Source of the DNA: Eutreptiella sp. 'Long Island Sound 2002'
Taxonomy: Eukaryota > Protista > Euglenida
Direction: 5' to 3'
DNA: 64,000 bases
Assembly: GCA_964036045.1 (NCBI GenBank)
Contig: OZ038378.1
Coordinates: 16,430,001-16,494,000 of the forward strand
The stretch's first letter is position 1. Every line of letters begins with the position of its first letter. The translations under genes and the position numbers were made by a program. The notes under the pieces were generated by a model, which worked only from the letters and a program-made list of their open reading frames with translations, was not told the DNA's origin and searched no databases. Positions 52,501-64,000 of the stretch are shown piece by piece.

Positions 52501-55500
52501 TGTTGGTGGAGACACTAAAGGACTTGTAGTTCCCGCTTGGCCTGCTGGGGCGCAAACCTATTTTTGGTTGGCCCGAAATTGACTGGGGGTCTTTTACATT
52601 ACATTGTGCCCTTAAACATAATTCCCACCCGCACCACTTTTTATAAAAGAGCTCTGATATAGAGTGCTGGTCAACTCACAACCGTGTGTCACCTTCACAT
52701 CCAACCATGCACAACCATGCATAGCCGAAGAAAGTGCGCAACCGTACACGCACGGCTATGACCTCGTCTCTGAGCAAGAGGCAATTCAAAGGCTATTGGA
52801 TTACTGGTTGGGGGGGGATGAAGAGTATTGAACGCAGTGAACACCAATGTGGTTTGATGTCCTAACTCTGGCTCGGTGTTTGTTAGCAGGAGAGTCCAAG
52901 TTTATTACTCCTGTTTTGTTGCACAAGATGGGGCATCTATAGGCCCTCGTGCACTAACAATGACTTCTTGTCTTCCATTTTGGTTGTGCATCTGCCCGCT
53001 TGGGTCAGGGCCCCGATGAGGAGGTTTCCCTCATGACTCAAGATGCTCAACCTTCAATGGACCGAGATGTGCCCGTTGATGTATGTTGTGTTGTTGGTCC
53101 CCAGTGAGGGCTCCACATGGCATGCACCCATCGCAACATGCATTTTGGGCCGTGTAAGGAAGTGAAGGATAAGTAGGAGCTATCCATGCAGGAAAGCACC
53201 GCACGCTTCGTTGGTTTGCATATCTTGGTTGATTTTGTGTTTTTCATATGGGTAGCATCTTTTTTGTAAATGCTTGATCTCTCATTCTTCAATAAGTGGT
53301 GTAAAACCATTCTAAGTGAGTGAACATCCCCACCAGGGTCCAAGCGTGGCAAAAAAAACAGGCAGGGGGAGTTTCATCACCCCTCCTAGGGGGGGTGTAT
53401 AGCCACTACCATTTGTCACCCCCCCCCCTGGGACCCCTTTGTCCAAACAACGGTAAAGTGACAAAAAGTTGCCGAAGCAACATCTCGCGTTGTTTGGACA
53501 AAGGCATTGTCTACGCGCGCTCAGAAGACACAAGCAATGAAATGAAAGGGTACATCATTCAAAGCTCTCCGCTTTGGAGATCTGGATACAACAAGGGTTA
53601 TGTAGCCTTGTTACTTTTTCCGACCATGTCATCCTAGAGACCCATACTTTGTGGAGTTTGATGACGCCTGTTTAATCTGCCAGAGAAGAGCAGTGATGGT
53701 GCTGTTGACAATCTCTACATCCAACTGTTATGCCCTCCAGAGAAAGCCCCATCCCCCTCCCACCTCCAGGACACACAACACTACTCATCCTCGACACTTC
53801 CATAACAAGTGCCGCCCCATACCCTCAGCCTCAGTGAGGTGTGTGGAGGGTTTGAGAGAGCAATTGTGGGTACTTACCGATGTGTAAACCCCCCCCCCCC
53901 CACCTATAGCCCTCCCGGGGGTTATAGTATTCTTGATGAATGCCCGAGCCAAAGGGGGGGGGGTTATAGGTGGGGGGGGGGGGTGATAGGTCAGCCCTTT
54001 GTCCAATTTTGCTTTAGGCGCTTCGTGCCATCTGTTGTTTGTTCTGTGTTTTCAGTTTCTGCTTATTTTCCCCTCATGCCGTGCCTGATGACAGTGATGA
54101 TGATGAGGGTGATGACCCTTTTGATGAGCTTCACGATCTTGGCGATGGGGGTGCATAGCTCTGTCTTTCAAGTTGGGTGGGACCGGGGGGGCTATAGGTC
54201 CCCAGATGACTGGAAACAATGGAAGGGGGGGTTATAGGTGGGGGGGGTTTATAGGTGGGGGGGGGGGTTATAGGTGGGGGGGGGTAAATTGCAAGTTGAG
54301 AGGCAGAGCAGAACAACTCACCAGAGGCAATGATGACTCTTTGTCATCAAGATTGCAATTCACCCTGTCATGCAGCAGCCAGTCATGGGCTAGTATGTCC
54401 CAAAGAGCCTCTATATGGGCAACATGAAACCCTGAAGTGGCAATTGGGTGACAGAATATTTGGCAACATTTCATCTGTTGTGTCTGTTGTTTGCCACACA
54501 AGAAGAAACATTAGTCGCGGAACAATATCGATTTTTGCTGTATTCCTCGTCACTCGTTGATTTCTTTCTGTTGAATGCTCGACTATGCACGCGGATTTCA
54601 CCCTGAGCTGAGCCTCATTCCGGCATAGGGTCTTCTTGAAGCTGAACCGATCACTGGCACTGTCACACCCTCATTGATTGTCGGCACATCTTGAGAATCC
54701 CCCACAACTCTCAACGATGGTTCATTCACCTCCTCATCCTCTCTTAGAGGGACTCCCTACAGACAGGGACACCCATTCCCTACGCCACCTCTGTGCAGCC
54801 CGGTTTATTCTAGTAGCCAAATCAGCTTCCACAGGGACGTTGAGCACATGCAGGGTGTAGCAACTCCTGTGTGTTGTCAGGGCTGTGAGCAATGGCATGA
54901 AGAATGCTGCCTTTCAAGGCGCAACTATTATTTTGGTGGGTAAAGTATACATCGATAGTGTGCCCACTCACCCTTGCCCACTCCTCATTCCGCACCCGCG
55001 CGCTCCGAAAATCGGCTCCCCTGCAGCCATCCCCCCCCCCCCTCCCCCCGTCATCCCCCGCCCCCCAACATGAAGGTGGGACCTCTTTGCACAGAAACAA
55101 ACAGGGGCCAATGAAGAAGTGAGTCCCACTTCATCCAAGTGCCCTGACTGGGAAGGAAGGATGATGGGAATAAACCTCCGGAAACCGGGATTCACCCCCC
55201 CCCCCATTAACGGATAGATGTGGTGTGAGCGGCGCCTGCAGAAGCCTCACCTTTACCAAGGCTGCTCCAGGAGACTTGGAAGCGATTGGGCACGGGTCAC
55301 GCTTTTGGGGGCTGCACAGAATTGAATGTCGGCGCGTGAAAAGCTTCACGTGGACGTACTAGTGACACCCACCCCTCTGCATCTCCCGGACCCGCCCCCG
55401 CTCTATGCGTCTTCTTCAGCAAAACGCAGTACCAATGGCATTTCTTCTGCCCATCCCTGCAGCCTCATGACCCAGGAGGATGGGACCTGCACACACTGAC

Positions 55501-58500
55501 CCCATCCCTGCAGCCTCGTAGCCTTGCCCCTGCAGCCTCATGCATGCTCTCATGCCTGCTGTCTCGTCCCCGGCTCTGCAGCCTCGTGGTCCAAGAGGAG
55601 GAGGGGTACCACAACGTAGTCAACTTGTCCGAGCACCCCATCGCCACTGTGGACCAATTCCTGCACCTGGTCCACAAAGGCAACGCATACATGCAGACAG
55701 TGCAGGCCCGCCTGCCAAGCCGCCAGGCGAACCGCAGCCACCGCATGCTCATCCTGAAGGCCCAGAACGCGCAGACGGGGCAGTGGGGGCAGCTGAGCTT
55801 CCTGGAACTCGCAGGACTGGACCTGCATTACAAAAGCAGCAACACGTGTTCTCCTGTATGCGTTCTGTTGGCCCTTCAGATTCATTTGCATGCATGCCTC
55901 GGTGCGCGCGTGCGTGCGTGCGTAGTGTGTGTGTATGTGTGTGTATGTGTGTCTGTGTGTGTTGGTTGTGCACACGTGCCTGCTGGAGGAGCCGTTATCA
56001 ACACAAGTGTGGGCCAAGGCACGGCCTTGTCTGCACTGAGGAAATTTCAGTCATTCCTTAAACTTGAGCACATACGACTGAGGTGCCCCAAACAGGCATG
56101 TCAGTTGCCGGCTCGTTGCTTTGACGACAAGTCGTGCAATAGAACATGCACAGTACATGCTGTACAGTGTAGTGCATGCTGGGCTATGCGTACTTTCAGC
56201 AGCAAATACAACAGTGGGAAGGAATGTGTACCATAAACTGCTGAGGTACATTAATCTGCCTGACATTTTGAAAACTGTCACTTGCAAAGCCCAGCAATGC
56301 CCCAACAAATGCCCTGAAACCCCCTTCCGTCATTTATTTTTTCCAGACCTCAACCTGAGAAGCAGGGACAAACGAAGTACTGTTTTTCAGGGCAAGCGAA
56401 CCTGGGTGCCTGCATAGTCTGGTGACGAAGTGACCAAGAGGCATTAAGGCAACTGCGTGTGCATTTGCAAGAACGCGGGGCTCTCCAACGACAGTGTTCC
56501 ATAGTCAGGGGCAGGGAAGGGACAACACATGGACTGCTGTGTACTTGTACTGAGGGCCTCTTTGTTGGTAAAGGTCCCTGTTGGTTTGGACCACCGCCTT
56601 TGCAGCCTATTGCTGCGGTGTCTGTAGCGGTTACACGGCATTCCACGGTCGTTGTCAACCAGGGACCTGACTGCCGTTGGTATCATGTCAGGCATGCCAC
56701 AACACGTGTAGTGAACACCGAGTGGGAGGACTCACCTTCCGGGACCGAGGGCAAATATTCTGCGACTGCACGACAGGCTTAGGGGGCGACGGGTTTCTGT
56801 TCGGTCCTCCACCGTCTCAGACGAGTCGAGGTTTGGGGTTGGCGCTGGCCGTGATCAATGGTGTGCTTTGTGTTCAGGTGCCCGAAAGCAAGTGGGTGAA
56901 CTCCTCCATCGCTGCAGTCCGTATGCCCCCTCCCTCACACGTTCGCAAAATCCGCGCCACACAACCTGGCTTTCGCCCCACCACCCCCGAGGGGACGGTT
57001 CAACTGTAAAATCGATCCAATGACGGCAGTGTTCATGCCCCCCCTCCCCAACCACACGCATGAGCCTACAATCAACGTGCAGTAGCCTTCAGCAGCCGGC
57101 CGTCTGCCTTCCACCGCCACCCGTCAGGTTGTAGCCTGACGCCCCTTGCGCACCCTTGTCTCAACGAGGAGCTGGGACTCGTGCACCGCACGGGCACGGG
57201 AAGACTGAATGCACGACTCTTCACAGGCAGCGTTTTATGCAGCGCAGCACAAAACACCGCAAGCCAACGATTCATCTCGTGGCGCCAGAGCAAATTGACG
57301 CGGCTGCTGCAGGTGTGCATGCCGTTCCCTCGAAGTCAGTGCCCTCGCTCTGCCTTAACACTGGAGCCCGAATGCCACGTAACGGAATGACCAAAAGTCC
57401 AAAGCAACCGAAAGAAGGGCCGACAGTTGCCAGCGATGTGTTCGAACCGATGCTGGATGCCGGATGCCATCCCGGATGCCAAGCATCACGCTGTAGAAAC
57501 TTGCTGAGTGTTTCTGGATAGAGAGGACACTCAAAACCAGACCGTCGTTTTCTGGTGCGTATTGTTGATGCACCAAAGAGTCGCATGACCAAGGCATAGA
57601 GGGAAGTACACGCACGAATTTGCAGGATTAGTCCATAGTCAGGGGTCGGGAAGGGACAGCACATGGATTGCTGCCGAGAGCAATGTGTAGAGCAATCTAG
57701 AGCAATGTAGAGCAATGTGCACTGAGGGCCTCTTTGTTGGCAACGGTCCTTGTCGGTTTCAACCACCGCTTTTGCAGCCTGCTGCTGTGGTGTCTGTAGC
57801 GGCCACACGACATGGCACAGTTGCTGTGGTGTCTCTTGTTACCGCTGGTCACATTTGCACCCCCCCCCCCCCCTCGACGCCCTCTCCTTGCCGCCAGCAA
57901 GCGTCACATGCACCCCAATCCAGGCCTCCTTCCGCCACTGAAAGGCTCTTTTTGTCAGCACTACAAAACCGACACGAAAGGGCCCACAACGTTGTGTTTG
58001 ATAAAAAGTATTACCGACAATCAACTCCTCTCACGAAATATTACTTCGGGCATTCTAGGGATCCACCCCCCCCACCACCGGCACTGAAATACTGACCACT
58101 TTCGCACCAGTCCAGAGCGATGGGGGAGCAGCGTACTGCGGGGGGCTGAGTCGCCCACACTCTCTCCCTTTGGGAATTCACACAGATGCTGCACGAGTGC
58201 ACGGCCTCTGTCCCCCATTCCCGAGGTGGTTGTAGTTCCCGTGTGGCGTATTCCGCGCGTTTCCGCGTGGAGTCCATGGGTCATACCGCGTCACCCCCAC
58301 TTGGTGGCCCAAAGGGGGTGCCAGAGTGATGATGCAGGCGGCTAAAAGGCACGCCTTTGAACTATTTTTTGTAATTGCTTCTCATAATCTGATTTGTGGC
58401 GTGCTCCGAGTGGGACAGAAAACTGTAACCGTCTGCCCCTTGGCATGGTACATCGACCCCAAGGCACGACCACGCGCGCGCTGTGCGCCCATAGTGCACC

Positions 58501-61500
58501 CCTTGGGTAAGGATTTCGGACAGGCATTCGAGCTTTCCTTTTCGGTGTCCTGAACACCTGAGGTGCCAGGCCAGGCCATGCCTTCCCTTCGGGTGTGGCT
58601 CACAGCACACGCATGCACGACCCCCCCGCTGCCCAAGGGTGCGAAGGCGGGGAGGGTGGGACGGCAAGGCTCCGCTTGAGAGGGAAGGAGGGTCTAAAGA
58701 GCGGTTGGAAAAGTGGTTGGCTGCACGTTCTGGTGGTTACCAAACGATTAGAGGCAGTCGGGGGCGCACGGGAGTGGTGGTGTGGAACGCACCGTCACCT
58801 TCAAACGGGGCGGTATGCCACCTTTCCACAGCGGAGTATCCCATGCCTCCGCAGGAGTACTGTCCCACGTCCTCATATACGTCAGGGATATCTCGTGGGG
58901 CCCCGCAGCACGTCTGCCTGGGTCATAGTGCACGTCTCCCCGGACCTCGGTGCCTACGCTAACACTGTGGCATCGCTGCAATTCGGCGGTCAGCTGTGGG
59001 ATGCAGCGCGCGAGGCCCACGCCACGGCACAGACCCGGCCGCACCGGCGCATCAACAGCCAGAGCCCTCCCCCTACGGCCCGCTCCCATATGGGCCACAC
59101 CGCCTCCAGCGCCCGGAGCACCTGCCGCCGCCGCGCGGCCACTCCCACGCAAGCCCGCCCGGTGACTCGGTCCCCTCGGCTGGGGCTCACCTGGACCGCT
59201 TCAGGCACTGCGTCCACTGGCTCCAGCACAACGGATTACCGCAACGTGGCATTGGAGTTGCAGGTCTGGCTGTGCTGATGGCGGTGAGGCTGGGGACAAG
59301 GCACCATTACGCGCGTACCCCTTGGTCAGAGGTTTGCAGACGGGGCTCCCCATGTTTGGGCCAACCATGCAGGGTTTCGGAACAGCAATGGGGGAATCCA
59401 AAGTTTTGAAGGCTTTTCCGAAAACATTGCCAAGATGAAAAAAGCAAGATGGGATTTTGTTATGATGACGCACCACAGTTGCAAGTGCCTCTAACAGAAC
59501 AGGTCAAGGGGCATTTGAGACATACTTTGCCAGTTGTTGCTGCAAGGTAATGCAACGCATTTGTCAAAAGATGGGTTTTCCGCTACTCCCATTGAAATCT
59601 TCAAGTGCGAGCTTTCGCAACAGTGCAAATAAAATCAATAACAGCCCGGAACGGGAGACCCCTAGCCAAGGGTATTTTGCATGTTATTGCAGGGTGGGTT
59701 TCACAATGATTTTGCCCCTTGGGCTTCATCATCGTGTTGCATTGTACATGTGAATTGTTGCCTAATGAGCTTGCCTCAGCAGTGCAAATGCAAACTTGGA
59801 GAATGGTTTCTTTTGCATTGCGTTCAATCATGATATTGTGCCATCACTAGCATCATGTTGGGCATCAGTACCATAATGTTGCTCCGCAGGCTTCCAGATG
59901 ATTTGCCCCATGGGCTTCACCACAACGTTCCCCTGTGGGCGTGAAGATGGTTTGACCGATGGGCCACACTGCTGCTCCATGGGCCTCAAAAATGATTTGG
60001 CGCCTCTTTAGTCTTTGGCACTGCTGCCGCCCTCTCTTAGATGGTGTACTCTCCCTTTTTTCTGTTATTTTTTGCTCATCTGCGTCATTGGCATCTGCTT
60101 TCATTCAGAGTCTGTACTCCATTTTGCTTGCATGCTTTCGCATCTCTTTGTATTTGCACATTGTGCATTCTCCTCTTTTGTCCTTTCGGTTGTCTCCTCA
60201 ATGTTAAACGTGTTTTTGACCTCTTTTATCCGTCTTTCTGAACCGCTTTCTTTGCTGCCTGATGATAGTGATTATTCTGCTATTACATTCATCCACACAC
60301 GCGCGTGTTGAATTGTGGTGTGTCATATTTGCAGGAGCGGAGTATGAGAAGCTGCGCTGAGCAATTTATACATGGATTTTGATATCTATGTGGTGAGCCT
60401 TTCGAAATTTCCAGAAAAGTTTCTTGCAAAGTGCCTTTCAATGTCTTGTGTCTCATGTCTAGCCCCCATTTAGCCTTCCATCCCCTTTGTTGAGAATTGT
60501 GGAGGTTGCGGAGGGTACTTGAAGGGTGGAGTTGTTGAGGGTTGTGGACCCCGGATGTTCCCCAACCAGTTGGGCCCAGCTCTTGCTGTGCATGGAGTGG
60601 GTGTGTGCCTCCATCTTGTCGCATGTGTCGCGATGTGCAGGAGTCCCTGAATTGTTTGTATGAGACTTCAGCTCAAGAGCTGAATAGATGGAAGCAGAGT
60701 AGTTCACATCTCCACGCGGAGAACAGTGCATTACGCGAAGCCAAAGGTGTGTGGATGTTCAATGTCGGCGTGGCCTTGCAGCAGCCCTCCTCCGATCTGG
60801 CATCAGCTTCTGCCTGCCGTACTTATTTGTACATGCGACCAAGGGTTGCCTTTTGCCTCGTGTACACATCAGCTCTGCTTTTGCCCTCTAGACAGCCACG
60901 CAGCCCATGGATTTTGAGAGGGCTCTCCAGGATGTGGGAAGTGTCGCCCAGCAGTGGCACGCTGGGTCACAGGAATGACCGCGCTGAATCATTCTGCTGG
61001 CATGTCTCTTCACCCATGCAGTTCTCCCCTCCCCCGTTGCGGCTGAAGCTGGGACCCTGGAGAGGTACGGTTTTGGGGAGACCAACATGACGGAGGGAAG
61101 TACGTATGCCGAATTGTAATGTACCCCCGGGGCCCTGGACTCCCTAATGGCCCCCCATCGCCGGCCAATTCTGGGAAGGGGACTGCGTCTACTGCATTCG
61201 GATGGGGTGCTCTCTGGAAACGGATTGGTCCTTCATCCGGGCCGTGTAATGTGCCGGTCCGCAACTACGCAGTAGCTGCCCTAGACGCGAAGGGACCTCC
61301 GTTGTGTGGGTGCTGGGGCACGTTTCTGAGGCCTGCTGCTTGGGTTTGGGAGTAGCCCCCTTTCACTCTGTGTCGGCGGCGTGGGGGGTTGATATGGTAT
61401 GGGACCGTCGTGGAGCCGTAGCCGCAACCTCTTCCTGATGGAATGCTCCATCCCGAACCTCCAATGTCCCCGGCGACCCCCACAATATGGGCTGTTCGAG

Positions 61501-61991
61501 TAGCCCTCCACCCCTCAGCCCCACACCGGTACTCGTGGTTGCGTATCCCACTGAGCCCTCCCCTTCCACCCCATGCCCAGACAGTCAATCCTTCGGACGG
61601 TAATGACCTTCCGGTACGGGATACCGACTGTGTCCCGCAGGATGCACACAATTATCAGGATTTTTGACAAAGATGGATGCATAATGCTTTAAACCGGCAA
61701 ATGCATGAACTGAAAAAGCGCAATAGAGAAGGACGGGAGGGGTTTTCAAAGAAAAAGGATGCATGAACAACAAGGGTTTCCAATACCACAAATGCGATCA
61801 ATGAGAAGTATGTATTAAAACGGAAGCAACGAATAAATAGGTGCTTTGAGCAAGCAATTTACACACGAACCTGCACATGCACACACACACACGCACACAC
61901 ATACACACACGCAATCAGACTTAGACGCAGGCCCGCACCCCCGCACGCACGTGCGCATACGCGCGCGCGCACACACACAAACATGCACACG

Positions 61992-62033
<42 letters not shown>

Positions 62034-62185
62034 CACGCACACGCGCATGCACACGCACACGCGTCGCCATGTGTGACCCACATCGTGCGCCGCCACCGTT
62101 ACTGCCCGCGTTTTGCACAGAGCGACTGGAGAACGAGCTTTTGGTGATTCGGGAGACCTCAAGGGATGCGCCCGAGGGCAAGAAG
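46532..62185 (+). CDS. Kinesin-like protein with degenerate nucleotide-binding motifs (kinesin B); continues beyond the last identified exon
   Basis: Phase-consistent GT-AG exons: ~46532-46643 (VMLHVVRP, tentative), 46944-47083 ([10 protein letters not shown]), 48040-48134 ([12 protein letters not shown]), 49850-49986 ([21 protein letters not shown]), 55582-55855 ([16 protein letters not shown]), 56878-56920 ([12 protein letters not shown]), 57227-57312 ([13 protein letters not shown]), 58886-59245 ([14 protein letters not shown]), 60641-60746 and 62121-62185 (coiled coil). The start codon is not resolved. Confidence 0.85.
51118..51210. repeat. Short hairpin element with 15 bp inverted ends and an internal 31 bp tandem unit
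   Basis: CCGTTTCGCGCGCTC (51118-51132) pairs with GAGCGCGCGAAACGG (51196-51210). Confidence 0.85.
51410..51610. repeat. Minisatellite with ~52 bp unit, about 4 copies
   Basis: Recurring GGCCA(T/C)TGGCAAATT..GGGGGC..CCCCTT(T/G)TTT..GAAA. Confidence 0.85.
53886..54285. repeat. G-run repeat cluster (GGGGGTTATAGGTGGGGGG) with an inverted partner
   Basis: CCCCCCACCTATAG at ~53895 versus TATAGGTGGGGGG at ~53965; three to four more G-run units at 54180-54285. Confidence 0.85.
56499..57835. repeat. Pair of ~170-200 bp direct repeats in introns bracketing two kinesin B exons
   Basis: CATAGTCAGGGG..GGGAAGGGACA-CACATGGA-TGCTG..ACTGAGGGCCTCTTTGTTGG..GGTGTCTGTAGCGG occurs at ~56499-56660 and ~57632-57835. 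Confidence 0.85.
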
Positions 62186-62735
62186 GTGACGTGCCTGTGC
62201 CCTACCTCAGCCCCAGGGGTAGCGTGTGTTAGGGCCCCGAGAAGACGTTCTTAAAGTGCAACGCTGAGAACCGGTGTATATGTGTGGGATATGCGGCGAC
62301 AGCTCATCATCACCATCGGGCGGCGAGAGCTGCTTAGACTTCCTGCGCCTCCCCACATGAGTGCGCGGTGGAATTTCCGCTCAGGAATATGCGATTCAGG
62401 CACTGCGCTTGGGTCCATAAGAGGACCTTCGCTCTCCAGGACTCCAAATTTCAAGGGACGGGGCTTTGTGTGTGTGTCTGTGCGTACGGGCGTGCGCGCG
62501 GGCGTGCGGGCGTGCGTCTAAGTCTGATTGCGTGTGTGTGTGTGTGTGTGCGTGTGCAAATTTCTTACTCAAAGCACCGCATTATTAAATGCATTGGAGC
62601 ACATTCTTATTCGATGCTTCCGTTTTGATACATACTGCATGTATTTGTGATATCGAAAGCCCTTGTTGTTCATGCATCTTTTTTCTTTGAAGACCCCTCC
62701 TGCTTCCTGCATCTTTCTTCTTTATTGCGCTTTTC
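61714..62735. repeat. Long inverted repeat (arms ~260 bp) enclosing kinesin B exon 62121-62185
   Basis: Anchors: GCAATCAGACTTAGACGCA (61911-61929) / TGCGTCTAAGTCTGATTGC (62513-62531); GATGCATGAACAACAAGGG / CCCTTGTTGTTCATGCATC; AAAACGGAAGCA / TGCTTCCGTTTT; AAAAGCGCAATA / TATTGCGCTTTT. Confidence 0.9.
61981..62055. repeat. (CA)n / (CACG)n microsatellite
   Basis: CA run upstream of the 62121 acceptor. Confidence 0.95.
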
Positions 62736-64000
62736 CATGTTAATTTGATTTCTGGTTTAAATTAATTATTTGATGGTTTACATTTCTGATCAAATTAATT
62801 TCTGGTTTCAAGCATCATGCGTCGATCTTAGTCAATTACAACCTGATTCAGATGAGAATGATGCATTACAACAATAAAGTGCTTGAAACAAGAAGGACAC
62901 ATTACTTGGAGTATGTTTCAAGCTCAACGGAACCTTTTTTGAAGAAAGAGGATGCATCGTGGGTTGGGGCTCTTTGGGCTGGCTGCTGAAAGAGCCCCTT
63001 TGCGAGCACCCCCCCCCCCCCCTGGACTGAAGGGGAGCCTCTTTGGGCCGGTCACCAAATAGCCCCTTTTTCATCAGTTCGGATCTGTAATATAGAGAAA
63101 ATCCTCAGCACTCATGCGGAACCCTCCAGCTTTTAACAGCGGTCATCCAGATCCCTAAGCAAATTACCTAAATCTGTGCAAATTGCCTGTGTCCCTCCAT
63201 GTGCTGCTCAATTCTTTGATCCTCTAACACCTATGTGATGCAGTGCAGATAACAAAGGAGTTTTACAAAGGGGCCGGCCCAAAGAGCCCTTTCTAGAAAC
63301 CACCCCAAGAACTTGGGGGCAGGCCCCCCCAAAGAATTTTGTACCCTCCCCCCCTTGAAATCTCCCTCCATAGCGCGCGACGGTCTCCCCCTCGGGGCAA
63401 GGACATGCTTTAAAGAAGAAGCATATCAAATGAGAAGATGCAATGAGGATGCAGGAAATGGGACAGATGCTTTTAACAAGACATTGAATAAAAAGAATGC
63501 ATTCAACAAAAACATGCTTGAGAGAAGAAGGATGCATGCCTGTCTCGTAGAGAAAGCACCGTACTGCTATTGCAATGCATCCTCCATATTCAAATCACCA
63601 TAATATTTAATCCATCTTCCTTCACCAAAGCATCTTCACATTCATTGCGTCTTTCTTATTCAAATCATCGATTTTAGTGATCCTTCTTACTTGAAGCACC
63701 TTAGAATCTAATCTCATGTAAAAAAATGCATGCTTCTTATCTACAGCACCGTACTGTTTCATGCATGCTTCCGTTTTAAGCTCCTTCTTTTTTTATGCAT
63801 CTATGATTATTAGCACTAGAGCACACACAAAGCCATCCTTTAAAGTCCTCTAGCCTCCTCCTCTTTTCCCTCCCTCACGTCTCTTCTTTACTCATTTGCA
63901 TGAGATTCATGTGCTGGAAAACCAATGGCTCCAGATGGAAGCACTAGTTTGGCGCAACACTGTTGCCTTGGATTTTCAGCTTGAACTTGAGCTGATAACG

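Overview
Repeat-rich eukaryotic nuclear DNA with GT-AG spliceosomal introns. The source is probably a euglenozoan or euglenid; this is inferred only from a euglenid-style targeting presequence and short 5' UTRs behind pyrimidine-AG acceptors. Four spliced genes can be rebuilt by hand with consistent exon phases. (1) A + strand bacterial-type M14 zinc carboxypeptidase (~2.8-17.5 kb) with an apparent signal/transit/stop-transfer N-terminal extension. (2) A - strand gene of unknown function (~30.2-32.7 kb) ending in a Ser/Thr/Gly/Met repeat exon. (3) A - strand divergent kinesin (43.6 to ~33.0 kb). (4) A + strand kinesin-like gene (~46.5 kb to beyond 62.2 kb) lying head-to-head with (3), in which the P-loop, switch I and switch II are all degenerate. 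Introns and intergenic DNA are filled with (CA)n microsatellites, G-run repeats, 50-250 bp tandem units, fold-back/MITE-like elements and decayed transposon fragments. No rRNA, tRNA, CRISPR array or intact autonomous mobile element was recognised. Most short ORFs in the six-frame track are spurious. All protein calls rest on motif recognition by eye; no database search was run.
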